DNA of 64,000 bases from Mobula hypostoma. Taxonomy: Eukaryota. The DNA lies in NCBI RefSeq assembly GCF_963921235.1, contig NC_086108.1:35838001-35902000 (forward strand). Direction: 5' to 3'. The notes beneath the pieces were generated by a model. It saw nothing but the letters and a program-made list of their open reading frames with translations. It was not told the origin of the DNA and ran no database searches. The position numbers and the translations under genes are program-made. Of the stretch, positions 22,291 to 34,783 are shown piece after piece (the first letter of the stretch is position 1; the number at the start of each line of letters is the position of its first letter).

Positions 22291-22494
22291 GCAACACACA
22301 CAAACAGCTGCAGGAACTCAAGCAGGCCAGGCAGCATCTCTGGAAAAGAGTACAGTCGACATTTCGAGCCAAGACCCTTCTGAAAGGGTGACTGTACTCT
22401 TTTCCATAGATGCTGCCTGGCCTGCTGAATTCCTCCAGCAGTTTGTGTGTGTTGCTGGGATTTCCATCATCTGCTGATCTTCTCTTGTTTAGTG
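22291..22494. mobile_element. Palindromic PLE mini-element with 11-bp TSD
   Basis: Arms gcaacacacacaaac...gaaaagagtacagtc and gactgtactcttttcc...gtttgtgtgtgttgc; TSD ggtagttccta at 22280-22290 and 22495-22505. Confidence 0.88.
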
Positions 22495-22934
22495 GGTAGT
22501 TCCTAATATCATTTGTTAATAACCTTCATTATTCCAATGTACAAGTGTAATCTTAATACCACTTTAAAAAATCTAATAGTTACATCTGTGACTGTGATGG
22601 CAAAAGAATCCACCTGCCTGTACTTTGAAAAAACTCCCATTGACTCAATACTTTTAAGAAATCCTGCTTAACATCAATTTCTCTTTGATTATTTATGTGA
22701 TCAAAAACAGGCAGTAGCATTTCATCAGTACACCATCAATTAAAAGAAAAGTGGTATGCATTTCCATAATGGAAAATACTCAAAATACTTAACCAACACA
22801 CTCCCAAAGTTAACTTAACTATACCTCACCCACCCTCCTTTTTGTACAGTCCCCATTCTGTTTTCCAATTTTATTCAGTTTGTCCAGCTTTATCACACCT
22901 GTCCTAATGATAGTACTTTTCATAACTAACCAGA

Positions 22935-23960
22935 AGACCACGGTCTGTGCAGATTGGTAATAACAGCTCCACCTCATTGACAATCCATTACTAGAAAGAG
23001 GTCATCCACCAGGATCAGCCCTAGATCAAGACTGGCGCACCTCAGGGATGTGTGCTTAGCCCACTGCTACTCTACTCTCTCTATACCCATGACTGTGTGG
23101 CTAAGCATGGCTCAAATACCATCTATAAATTTCCTGGTGATACAACCATTGTTGGCAAAGTCTCAGATGATGACGAGAGGGCGTACAGTAGCGAGATATA
23201 TCATGTAGTTGAGTGATGTCGTAGCAACAACCTTGCACTCAACATTAGTAAGACTAAAGAGCTGATTGTGAACTTCAGAAAGGGTAGGACAAGGGAAAAC
23301 AAACTAATCCTCATAGAGGCGTCAGAAGTGGAGAGAGTGAGCAATTTCAAGTTGTTGTGTGTTATTATCTCTGAGGACCTCATTCGGTCTCAGCATATTG
23401 AGGCAGACATAAAGAAGGCAAGACTGTAGCTATATTTCATTAGGAATTTGAGGAGATTTGGTTTGTCACCTAAAACGCTCAAAAACTTCTACAGATGTAC
23501 TGTGGAGAGCATTCTGACTGGCTGCACCACCATCTGGTATGGGGTTGAGGGACTACTGCACAGGATTGAAGTAAGCTGCAGAAAGTTGTAAAATTAGTTA
23601 GCTCCATTGTATCCATAGTATCCAAGACATCCTCAAAACGCTGCATCCATCGTTAAGGAGCCCCACCAGCGAGGACGTGTCCTCTTCTCATTGTTACCAT
23701 CAGGAAGGAGGTACAAAAGCCTGAAGGCACACATTCAGTGATTCAGGAACAAATTCTCCTCCTCTGCCATGTAATTTCTAAATGGAGATTGAACCCATGA
23801 ACACTACTTCACAATTTTTTTCTTTCTGTTTTTGCATTACTGATTTTAATATAATTATTTAAAATGCATACAGTATACATTGTACTGCTGCTGCAAAGTT
23901 AACAAATTTCACGCCATATGCCAATGATAGTAAACCTGATTCTGATTCTGATTGATTCTG
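22935..23960 (+). mobile_element. Rex1/Babar LINE RT 3' fragment
   Basis: actggcgcacctcagggatgtgtgcttagcccactg (TGAPQGCVLSPL), ctcaacattagtaagactaaagagctgattgtg (LNISKTKELIV), tail aaacctgattctgattctg. Confidence 0.88.
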
Positions 23961-24099
23961 AATTGAATTCGCTTTTCATTAAATGGAGTTTCTGGTTAAC
24001 CATAAGCAACAGAACTTATAACTGTGTCTTTTCCATTTTCTCACTTTTTGCACTCATCCCCTGTCCTCCACCCACATCCTTCACATTTTTCTGATCATC

Positions 24100-24720
24100 C
24101 TCCGTAACTTCTTCCACCTTCGATTCCATTATCTCCCTCATCAATATTTCATCTCCTCTTTCCAAAGAACTCCTCTTTTCCTGGCATCTTGTGGGAAATG
24201 CAAAACCTACTCTCTGCCTCTTCCCTTGCCACCATACCAAGACCTAAATGTTTCTTCGAGGAGAAGCAGCAGTTCACTTGAACTTCTGCCCATTTGATGT
24301 AATATGTTTGGTAGTCACAATGTAGTTCCTCCACAATTGTGAATCCAAATGAAGATAGGGGACTGTTTTACACAACTCCTCTTCGGTCCTTCGGAGTGAA
24401 TCTGAATTCCAGTTGCCATTCACTCTGATTCTTTGTCCTATTCCTACTCCAATTTCATTATCTGTTCCAATGGAGTCCACCTTAAGCTTGTATCTTCCAG
24501 CCAAGCGCATTCAGCCTTCATATTCACCACTGAATTCAACAGTTTTGGACAACCAGCCTTTAAAGTATGAGTCAGAACCAGCCAGTTATGATGAAAGATC
24601 AACCCAACTGAAGCAAGCTGAGTGTTTCTCTCTCCACCCATACCGCCTGTTCCACTGGTTATTTCCAACATTCTGTTGTATATCAGAATTCAGATCATTG
24701 ATAACTGCAGCACTGTATTT
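24100..24720 (+). mobile_element. Old Penelope-like fragment: GIY-YIG region and pLTR
   Basis: gagaagcagcagttcacttgaacttct (..Q.FT.TS), ccagttgccattcactctgattc (PVA.H..S), pLTR-like gtttctctctccacc...ccaacattctgttgt. Confidence 0.55.
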
Positions 24721-25064
24721 CACAGTTTCCAGCATTTTTCCCATTCTCTTTCTTTATTTATCTCCCTCTGTCTACCCCTCCTCCAGACATCCTCATTATG
24801 TTAATAAGCCTTGAACACTCTAACTCAGCTCCACCACCACCACTGGTGGCATTAATTTTGTCTTGGTTAAGGAAGCAACATTTGTGAGGAGACTTCTTTA
24901 CTAAATGACACCTTGGACTATTAACCTCATTGAAGCCACATACCTGAATATTTTGCATTTGAGACTTTTTGACCTGCATCCCTCAACTTTATTTCTATGT
25001 CCTTAATTCGTGACCTCAACAATTTTATCAGACACAAATCTATGGATCTTAACCTTAAAACCTA

Positions 25065-25963
25065 AGCTACGTCCACACTAGACCGGATAATTTTGAAAAT
25101 GCCGGTTTCGAGTAAAAACAACAGGCGTCCACACTGGGCGTTTTTCAAAATATCTCAGTCCACACTAAAATGGATATTTGGGCGAATCTCCTCCTGCTGG
25201 ACACGCGCAGACACACCTACAGAAAACAAGCGAAGAGGAAACGATATAATATTTACATTTCCAACGCTGCGTTGTGCTATTTCCATTGGTCAAAGACTAG
25301 AGTACCTACAACAACAGCGAAAGAAAGTTTTCAAAAATGTTTGAGGAATGCAAAGAAAATCTCCGCTGGAAAAAGCAGACTGGACTTCTTCGTTTAGACA
25401 GACAATGAAATCGAGCTGTTTCCACGAGTTACAAATGACTACAAAGTCAGCAAAGCAGTGGAGAACGTTGGAGGGAGATGTTTAACTCCAAAAAAGCTAT
25501 TAACGTAGAGAATAAAGTAAACTACATATGCATGAAGCTATCCTCGACCCAAGATCAACAAGAGAGTGGAATCTTCTGTTGCCAGACCTGCACAGTATTT
25601 CTGACATTAATATTTTTAAAGATAGGCTCAATCAAATCAATTTAGGGGATCTAGTCAAAAAAGCTCACTTTACAATTTAACTCTCACACCGTTCACACCG
25701 ACTGCGCGTTATAACAGCCGTCTGGCAGTGCTTGCGCAGTACCAAGCAGAAGCAGAAAAAGCTTTGTTGTTGTGGTGTTGTCATGACAGAGTTTTTAAAT
25801 ATCTCCGTTTACCCCATTCACACTACAACACGCAACAATCGTTTTCAAATTTACACACTCCGGAGAGTGTTTTAGAAAATCAGTGTTTCAGTGTGGAGGG
25901 AGGGTCAAAATGAAGAGGAAAAGCTTTGTTTTCAAAATTATCCGGCATAGTGTGGATGTAGCC
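25065..25963 (+). mobile_element. PIF/Harbinger non-autonomous DNA transposon (899 bp)
   Basis: TIRs agctacgtccacactagaccggataattttgaaaa and ttttcaaaattatccggcatagtgtggatgtagcc; 3-bp TSD CTA at 25062-25064 and 25964-25966; internal DFFV*TDNEIELFPRVTNDYKVSKAVENV (Myb/SANT-like remnant). Confidence 0.88.
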
Positions 25964-27324
25964 CTAGTGTTCATACCTTTGAGGGGCTAAAACTCCATAA
26001 TTTCACATCAGAAATGCTGATGGATGTTAAATATGCCTGCCCATTTTTTGATGAACGCATTTAAACCTAAGGTTAATGACTGGACTTCATTAGCTAATGT
26101 ATTACGTTTCTTCATTGTCTTGGCAACACAACATTGCCCTGGCAACACAACGTTGCCCCTGGCAGCCTGTACTGCTAAAGCAGAACAGAACAGGTTTAAA
26201 TGTTAAGAATACTCACACCCTGAGTTTCCTTTTGACATTTTCCACCAGCCTCTCAAGCAGTGCATTCCAAATCATAACAATTTGTGAAGTCAGACCAACA
26301 GTGAGACTGCTTTTAACTCAAAGTAAACTAGAATTAAGAGTCAGGCTGCAGAACCAAAAAGACAGATTTATAACTGTGACTCGTAATTATTGACCAAGTT
26401 TCATGACCTAGAGTGCAGCAAAGAACCAATGGGTGCTTTAGTTGAACTTTTAAAAGAAGCTGGACAGTGTGCAGGAAGAGTTATGAATCAGGACACAGCA
26501 GACTAACTTTATGCGAAAAATGACCTCGAAAGTAGCTGGAGGAATCAGGCCCTATGATGACGTATTAATTTAAATACAACTGTCCACTAAGTCACTATGA
26601 TCAGGCTGTAAATAAGATGTGCATATCAACATTGGAAGTAGAAATCAAGGTCTTACCATGTGGATTGGTTCTAAAGGCCTTCAGGTGTTTCTCCGAAGAT
26701 CAAGGCCATTCACCAACCTTTCACGTTCACACCCAAGCGCCCAGGTAGGATAGTAGTTTGTTATCAAACTCAATGAGGACATTTACTGAGTCTAAACTGA
26801 GAAGTGTTAAGTTCAGCCATTTTTTGGACACAACAAACAAACTGGATTAAGATACTACAGCAAAAAGGCATCAATCAATTATCCCTGGAATAATTTTTAT
26901 ATTGTTAATGGTATTTGTTTAAGAACAAACTTCAGCAACTTGCAAGGTAACTGTGGATGGATTTAATCTCTGTTCTAATGGAAGTCGACTATTTTCCATG
27001 ATGGCAAAGTGGTTGGTGCTTAAAACGAAATACAGCAGTGATTACAAGTAGGAAGTCTTGTTGGAATCAGAAGCAGTTTTATCGGGCAGTGCTTGGAGTT
27101 AAAGGGAAAGGTGGATTATTATTTTATGTTATTTGTAGAACACTAAAGTATTAAGGGAACATTGTGACCTTTGACCAGCTTTATCTCATTTGAAAAGATT
27201 CAGGTCAAACTGAAGGATGATACTGTTAGAGGGAAGGAAATGTTTTGACCTTCCTCCAGAGATTATGGCATGCATTGTAGGATGTGAAGAGGGTTAAGGT
27301 TGAATCAGAACTCGGGAGGGACAC

Positions 27325-27460
27325 ATCACGCTGCAGATGTTGGAAACCGGAGGAAAGAAAATACTATTTGTTGGAGGAAACCAGCAGGTCAAGAAGCATC
27401 TGTAGTGAGAGAGAAATTGTTGACGTTTCTGATCTAGACCCCTCATTGGATAAGAAACGA
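27325..27460 (-). mobile_element. Old PLE pLTR with degenerate hammerhead
   Basis: ctgcagatgttggaaac...ggaggaaaccagcaggtcaagaagcatctgtag...gttgacgtttctgatctagacccctcatt. Confidence 0.6.
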
Positions 27461-28049
27461 CATTTGAAGGGGTGTTAGGGGTGGAATCTGATTCTTGAAG
27501 AGGAGCTGAGGAGTGGGAGGGAACTCCAATGGCAGAGAGAAGTCAGAGGTAGTTAACAATGGTGTAGATGCTAGAATAAAAACGGAGGACAGAGGCACAA
27601 TAGGCAAAGAACAAACAGGTGCAGAAAAGTGATATAATATCGAATGAAGAGTTGTCATATCATGAACAGGAAGGAGAAAACTGGAAAAAGGCGGCACCAC
27701 GTGAAAATGAGAGCAGTTAGTTCGCAACACAGTGAAGACAACTACAGGAAGAAGATGATAGGAAACAGAAAGCAAATAAGGCTGTAAGGATTGCAGAGAT
27801 TGAAAGGGACTTTCTAGCTGTGGTGACAACAGTATAGGACCCTGGCAGTGTGCTCATCTTTCAGCCTGAGGAGCAAAGATTAATCAGCTCTAGCAGGAGC
27901 TACAGAGTCAAAGAGGTCTGATCTCTGGAGAAATTGCATTGTACAAGTGGTGGAGGAAGTTGTGAAAGGGTGAAAGTACAGGCTGAGGAGTAATTTGCAT
28001 GTATAGACAAAGCAGTGGCCGAGGCAGCCCCAGCACTGGTAAATTATGA

Positions 28050-28850
28050 AACTGCTAATCCACCCAGAGTTGTTTCACTAACAAAAGACTTCCATGATTT
28101 ATAAATGGATTCCAATTAAATTTGAAAGGCAATGACACAATGAAGGTCCAGGCTAATCCTTGGGAACACAAGGAAAATGGCTGAAGGTTAAGAAACCTGT
28201 CTACACGGGCAAAGTTGGAGTGAGCTGCAGGAAGATGGAGAATGGATGGTGAGGATTAGTCACTAGAGGCGGTAGTACAAACTGAAGTGTCCAGGCTCAT
28301 AGCTCAGACCACGATTGCAAATTTAAATAAATGATCTGGATTCAGAAAGTTGTAAACCTGGTGGGAGCTCTAACTTAACAGAGCATATTAGATAAAATAT
28401 GTAAGTTGGTAGAAAGATGGGCAAGAAATTGTTGTAACAAAATGTGTAAAAATGTCATACATGGATAGAGAAAACGGATGCACCCATTCTTTTTGGGCGA
28501 AGTTCAAAAAGCTGGAAAAAAACTTGAAACACACCCAAGACCCTTTGTAAATTCAAGCTAAACTTGCCCAGCCAATGTACATCAGCACTCAAAATTTCTA
28601 TATTGGATTTAGCATTCAGTTCTAGTCCTCTAGAGGCAAAGCATACCAGGCAATTTGGTTAATCCCTCAATTAGGAGGATGAGCTGTCGTAATGATAGTA
28701 AAAAATTCGGTATTTTTGACCAATTAAAGAGGCACATAAGAACCAAAAAAGAACATTTATAAGCCTGTAGAAAAAGTAACTAAGGATATTATTTCAAAAT
28801 TTGGTTATGGGTTAGTACCATGGAATATTAGTTCAAACTTCTAAATTGAT
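28050..28850 (+). mobile_element. Ancient CR1 RT remnant
   Basis: ataaatgatctggattc...aaacctggtggg (INDLD..K.GG), aaatgtgtaaaaatgtcatacatgga, gcattcagttctagtc. Confidence 0.45.
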
Positions 28851-31360
28851 TTATTGTATGTTTAATTTTATTCATGTAATTTCTGTTCAGTAAGTGAATC
28901 AAAGTAGCAGGGTAGTGAAGTAGCGAATTGTTTTAAAAAGTAACTGCACTTTAACATGGAGGATCAGGCAGGCTTGAAAAATGACTACTGATGGGAAGGC
29001 TATTAATCCTCTTTCAGATGGGATGCAAAGTTGGACTGAGTAGGCAACTTCATCCATTATTCTACCGGGATTGTTAAGCTATGCATTTCCGTAGCCTGGT
29101 TTATTTCACAGCGGAATAGGAATTGTACAGTTCGTACGTCAGAACAATGCCCTTTTTTCAATTTGGAGTCATTGTTCCAGATATGACTTGCATTGTGTTG
29201 CAGCTAATTCTTTCAAAATTCTGGACCTGAAAATCTTGGCAGTGAGCCCAAATTCTTAGAGGAGGTGCAACCTTTGGCTCCCTACAGGCAATTAAGTTCA
29301 GGATATCAAAGAGCCTGCTCAGTCAGAAAAGTATGTCAAATAGCACCTATGGATATCTGCAATTAACAGTGCAGAAAATAGCCTGAAAAATGAAGAAATT
29401 AAATTGGTCCGCAAAGAGTTACTAAGTCAAAAGAATTGCCTAGCAACAAAACAGTTTACTATTGTTAGAAATAAACTTGTCAAGGAGAACCTGCATTTCA
29501 TTCCAGGGAGATTTTAAAGTTTCTAGATGAAGCTTGGAATATGCAGAGAAGCATATTGAGACGTCACTGCTGAAAATTAAAGCATGTTCCTTTAACTTGA
29601 AGAGGAAGCCTTATTTTCTGGGAGAAAACTCAGCTTCAAACTATCTGTTCTATTTTCTTTGGCCGTTTATAAATCTGAAGCTACTTCTTGCGACGACAAT
29701 GTGACTGCAATAGGCCATAAATTTATCAAGCATTTCATGTTTCAGCCCCGCAATGGAAAATCAGTTCGAGACTGTTTAGTGAGTCAATGCTTTCATATAC
29801 CCATCGTCAGTCACACCACTCTGAGGCATCACTGAAATCTTAAAATATTGCAGTTTGTGAGGTCACGAACAGTACTTCCTGATTTCTTTTGCTGGTTAAA
29901 TCATGAAGCATGAACGCTGATGGCCAACTTCCTTCTTCTCACTCTCAGCTCCCCCTCTGTATCACCACGCACACATCACCTGCTGCTGTGAAGCCTTCAC
30001 AAGCTGTAGTTCACGCAGGGCAGCCTGCGTGGTCAGCTTCCCCGAATTCAGGTCACATTGGAATCATCAGAGCCGTTACCCCATCCTCCCAATGAGTGAA
30101 ATCTGGAATTTGTTAACTGAAGGAGATGGGCACATGACTTTCGATGGGAATTGGAGAAAAACATAAAGAGGAAACATCTACAGAGCTACAGGCAATGAGA
30201 ATCAGAATAAAGTTTAATATCACCAGCAAATGTCACGAAATTTGTTTTTTGCTGCAGCAGTATATTGCAATACATAATATGAAAAACTGTGAAATACACT
30301 AACTGTATAGTTATATTCAATGAGTAGTGCAGAAAGTAGTGAGGTAGTGTTCTATGTCTATTCAGAAATTTGAGCAGAGGAGTGGAGGTAAAGAGACAGC
30401 GTGGGTAAGGAAGGTTGAGTTGCTTCCTTCGGTTCTGCATAAACTTCACTTCAGAAGCTGGAAATCCACAAGCAAATGAAGAACAAAACATATTCATGGC
30501 TCATTCCTGCCAAGTCACCAAAATTAAATCTCGCCCAGTGCAATCACTACCCAGGGATATGTTCCTCTTCCTCTCATAAACTCACAAGTTAATATAATAA
30601 AAAGCCCTGGTTTCTACAAGGTGAAATAACATTTGAAGTAAACAGATTCACACCTTCACATTAACTTGTGAATGTTTTAACAGCCTATAATGGGATACCA
30701 TGGCACTTGCATATCTACATAAAGTCTGTGACACATGTCAGTACAGGTGAGGGCACATCCTCAACTCCCTCTCATTGCCAATGTCTGATTGGTTGTGGGA
30801 GGACAATGCAGTCCTTAGCTTGGTTCACTGTCAGCCTGGCTGCAGTCCAAAGTCCATCATATCACGTGTAAAGTTTACTCCCTACTGCTGTTTGTACCAA
30901 GCAATGGCACGGTAACTGAAAAATTGCCCATGTGCGATTAGCCTTAAGCGTAAAGTACAAAAATAAATCACTGTGGATCCAGACAATCTGAAATCAAAGC
31001 AGAAAATGCTGGAAATACTCCACAGCATCTGTGGATAGAGAAATCTTCCTAGAGATTCGGATTTTTGGAACATTGTGATTTGTTTTGGTTCTGAGAATAA
31101 TGTACTGTTGCATGATTTTTTTGATGTTGTTCTCTGGGAGGGGAATGAGGTAGAGGAGCAGGAACATAGAACATAGAACATAGAATAGTACAGCACAGTA
31201 CAGGCCTTTCAGCCCACTTTGTTGTGCCAACCCTCAAACCCTGCCTCCCATATAATGCCCCCCCCAAGAAGGAAAGGGACAACTGACAAAAAAAAATGGA
31301 AGGCAGAGAGACAAATGGGGCTAGATTTCCAAAACAAAAGCTGAAACATAATAATGTTAT

Positions 31361-31732
31361 TGTAACGGTACGCACCCGACCGCACCAGCCTCCGGGTTTA
31401 GACACTCCGATTCTCAGGAATATGGCTATCTGGTGCAGTTCCTTTAAAGGTTCAGGCCTGCTCCACTAAATGGTGGCCATTTTGGCATGAAGATTTGGAT
31501 ATTTAAAGAGCACCTGAACTTGGGTACGGTACTCAATTGTCAGCCCAACTTTGGGGTTCAGTCTGCGATTGCATTTAGGATTTCTGTCTCATTTGGATTC
31601 TCATCTAGTCTCATCAGGTTCTTGTCTAGCATCTAGTCAAGAACACTACTCTCATTTCAGTCTCGAAATCATGTCTCAATTCTAGTCTCTGCACTTGGGT
31701 TCTTACCATCCTCGCCTTGGCCTCTCGTCACA
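31361..31732. mobile_element. Solo LTR (372 bp) with 5-bp TSD
   Basis: TG...CA termini (tgtaacg / cgtcaca), perfect GTTAT duplication at 31356-31360 and 31733-31737, internal tatttaaa. Confidence 0.8.
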
Positions 31733-31872
31733 GTTATTAAGAAATGCCTGAAAGCAGTGCACCTTGATGTGTGGGGCAATCAAAATTGGGTAGATGAATG
31801 AGCAATGCCAATAAATATAAAATGTTATGATACCACACGGGTGACAGAGATGTGACTGCAGTGTGTCAAAGA

Positions 31873-32149
31873 ATGGGAACTGACCGTCAAGGAGTATGCA
31901 TCACTTAGGAAGGACAGGTAGGAATGGAAAGAACTTTGGCTATTTTTGCTTCTAAAAGAGGAAACCAGTGGGGTCAGAAGTGGAAAGAGTGAGCAATTTC
32001 AAGTTCCTGAGTTTCAATATCCTAACCTGGTCCCCACATATCAATGCAGCTGTAAAGAAGACAAGACAACATCTATATTTTAATAGGAGTTAGAGGAGAT
32101 TTGGTTTGTCACCTAAAACACTCAAAAACTTCCACAGATATACCATGGA
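31873..32149 (+). repeat. Local direct duplication, copy 1 (copy 2 at 34875-35150)
   Basis: Near-identical sequence from atgggaaYtgacc to taccatgga, including a CR1/Rex1 junction. Confidence 0.9.
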
Positions 32150-32700
32150 GAGCATTCTGACTGGCTGTATCACTGTCTGGTATGGGGCAGTCGGGGTGGA
32201 GGGGGAGCTACTGCACAGGATCGAAAGAAGCTACAGACAGTTGTAAGATTAGTCAGATCCATAATGGGTACTAGCTTCCATAGTATCCAAGATATCTTCT
32301 GGGAGCAGTGCCTCAGAAAGACAACGTCCATTATTAAGGGCCCCCCCCTGCCCCCGCACCGCACTCCATCACCCAGGGCATGCCCTTTTCTCATTGTTAC
32401 GATCAGAAAGGTGGTACAGAAGCCTGAAGGCACACACTCAGTGATTCAGGAACAGCTTCTTCCCCTCTGCCATCCGATTTCCAAATGCACATTGAACCTG
32501 TGAACACGACCTCATTTTTTTATTACTTCTGCTTCTGCACTCTTTTTAATTTAACTATTTAATATACATATATATAATTACTGTAATCTGTTTGTTTATT
32601 TATTTATTTATTTCTCTGTTTACCATGTGTTGCATTGTACTGCTGCCACTAGCAAATTTTACAACATATGCTGGTGATATTAAACCTGATTCAGATTATG
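31965..32700 (+). mobile_element. Rex1/Babar LINE 3' fragment
   Basis: Collinear with 23320-23950: gtcagaagtggaaagagtgagcaatttcaagttc...gagagcattctgactggctg...aaacctgattcagatt. Confidence 0.85.
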
Positions 32701-32894
32701 ATAGTGAGGAATGACATTGTTTCAAATTCTGATTATATGGAATCTGGATGGGTACAATTAAAAACATTAACTGACAGAAAACTTCAATGGGGGTTAATTA
32801 CAGCCTCCCAAACACTGATGATAATGTAGAGGATGCAATCAAACAGTATATTACAGAAGCATGCAATAAAGGTACACTTAAAACCAAGGGTGTC

Positions 32895-34210
32895 ATTAAT
32901 AGGCAGAACTCAGCATGGTTTCCTTAAAGGAAAATCCTGCTTGACAAACCTATTTAAATTTTTTGAGGAAATTACAAGTAGGCTAGACAAGGGAGATGCA
33001 GTGGACGTTGTATATTTGGATTTTCAGAAGGCCTTTGACAAGGTGCCACACATGAGGCTACTTAACAAGATAAGAGCCCATGGAATTATGGGAAAGACAT
33101 ACATGGATAGAGCGTTGGCTGATTGGCAGGAAACAGAGAGTGGGAATAAAGGGATCCTATTCTGGCTGGCTGCCGGTTACTAGTGGTGTTCCACAGGGGT
33201 CCGTGTTGCGGCCACTTCTTTTTACGTTGTACATCAACAATTTGGATTATGGAATAGCTGGCTTTGTGGCTAAGTTTGCTGATGATACGAAGATAGGTGG
33301 AGGGGCCGGTAGTGCTGAGGAAACAGAGAGTCTGCAGAGAGACTTGGATAGATTGGAAGAATGGGCAAAGAAGTGGCAAATGAAATACAATGTTGGAAAG
33401 TGTATGGTTATGCACTTTGGCAGAAGAAATAAACAGGCAGACTATTATTTAAATGGGGAGAGAATTCAAAGTTCTGAGATGCAACAGGACTTGGGAGTCC
33501 TCGTACAGGATATCCTTAAGGTTAACCTCCAGGTTGAGTCGGTAGTGAAGAAGGCGAATGCAATGTTGGCATTCATTTCTAGAGGAATAGCGTATAGGAG
33601 CAGGGATGTGATGTTGAGGCTCTATAAGGCACTGGTAAGGCCTCACTTGGAGTACCGTGGGCAGTTTTCGTCTCCTTATTTAAGAAAGCATGTGCTGACG
33701 TTGGAGAGGGTACAGAGAAGATTCACTAGAATGATTCCGGGAATGAGAGGGTTAACATATGAGGAACGTTTGTCCGCTCTTGGACTGTATTCCTTGGAGT
33801 TTAGAAGAATGAGGGGGGACCTTATAGAAACGTTTCGAATGTTGAAAGGCATGGACAGAGTGGATGTGGCAAAGTTGTTTCCCATGATGGGGGAGTTTAG
33901 AACGAGAGGGCATGACTTATAGATTGAAGGGCGCCCATTCAGAACGGAGATGCAAAGGAATTTTTTTAGCCAGAGGGTGGTGAATCTATGGAATTTGTTG
34001 TCATGGGCGGCAGTGGAGGCCAAGTCATTTGGTGTATTTAAGGCAGAGATTGATAGGTATCTGAGTAGCCAGGGCATCAAAGGTTATGGTTAGAAGACGG
34101 GAGAGTGGGACTAAATGGGAGAATGGATCAGCTCATGATAAAATGGCGGAGCAGACTCGATGGGCCAAATGGCCGACTTCTGCTCCTTTGTCTTATGGTC
34201 TTATGGTCTA
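32895..34210 (+). mobile_element. Young 5'-truncated CR1 LINE, RT domain to 3' tail
   Basis: ORFs 32833-33183 (QHGFLKGKSCLTNL..YLDFQKAFDKVPH) and 33080-33922 (SGVPQGSVL..KFADDTKIGG); tail cttatggtcttatggtct. Confidence 0.95.
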
Positions 34211-34392
34211 ATCTACACTTAGATGTTCAATCCAGACTCTGGAGGATTGTTCCTGTGCATGATGTTTTAACGGTTAATATATTGAGAAACTATCCAGACA
34301 GCAGGTTAATTTGGACTGGGTGCAGTGCAATAAGAAATGAATAAATAAACAAATGGTTTCTTCGAGAATAATGCCCACCTACTCAACTATGT

Positions 34393-34783
34393 AGATGGAA
34401 CTCGCCAGCCTGGGAAAGCAGTCCATCTAAGAGAGGGAAAACTCTGATTTCAAACCTCCGCTGCTTTGCAGCCATACCCATTCATGGGAGAGGCTTTGGG
34501 AGTAAACCCTGAGGACAAATCCGGAGCTGCAGTCCCGAAGGCAGTCCGACGTTGCTTTCAACCTCGTCCTGGCAACTCCTGTGACGACACTAATGCCAAG
34601 CTGTATCAGCCCTTGCCCTTCCCTTGGACGACATCAGTGTCCTGGAGAGGGGAGACTTGCTGCATGGGCAACTGCCGGACTTCCATACAACCTTGCCCAG
34701 GCCTGCGCCCTGGAGAGGACACTCCAGCATAGACTTTCCAGATGCAGATCCATGGTCTCACGAGACTAACGGATGCCACCACC
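34393..34783 (+). mobile_element. RTE-derived non-autonomous element with 12-bp TSD
   Basis: RTE 5' UTR-like gggaaagcagtccatctaagagagggaaaactctgatttcaaacc; TSD actcaactatgt at 34381-34392 and 34784-34795. Confidence 0.75.

Noticed and set aside
20920..22494. Palindromic repeats as CRISPR array, DNA-transposon MITEs or miRNA precursors
   Set aside because: No regular repeat-spacer period; the arms are PLE pLTR sequence, and long variable TSDs indicate retrotransposition.
26653..26820. Possible exon (minus-strand CATG|GTAAGA donor at about 26656; plus-strand CAG|GTAGGA at about 26744)
   Set aside because: Minus-strand frames contain stops close to the donor, the plus-strand acceptor is weak, and no peptide is recognisable.
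29949..30167. Strong polypyrimidine acceptor followed by an open frame (PPLYHHAHITCCCEAF...)
   Set aside because: No convincing donor and no recognisable protein; cannot be supported without RNA-seq.
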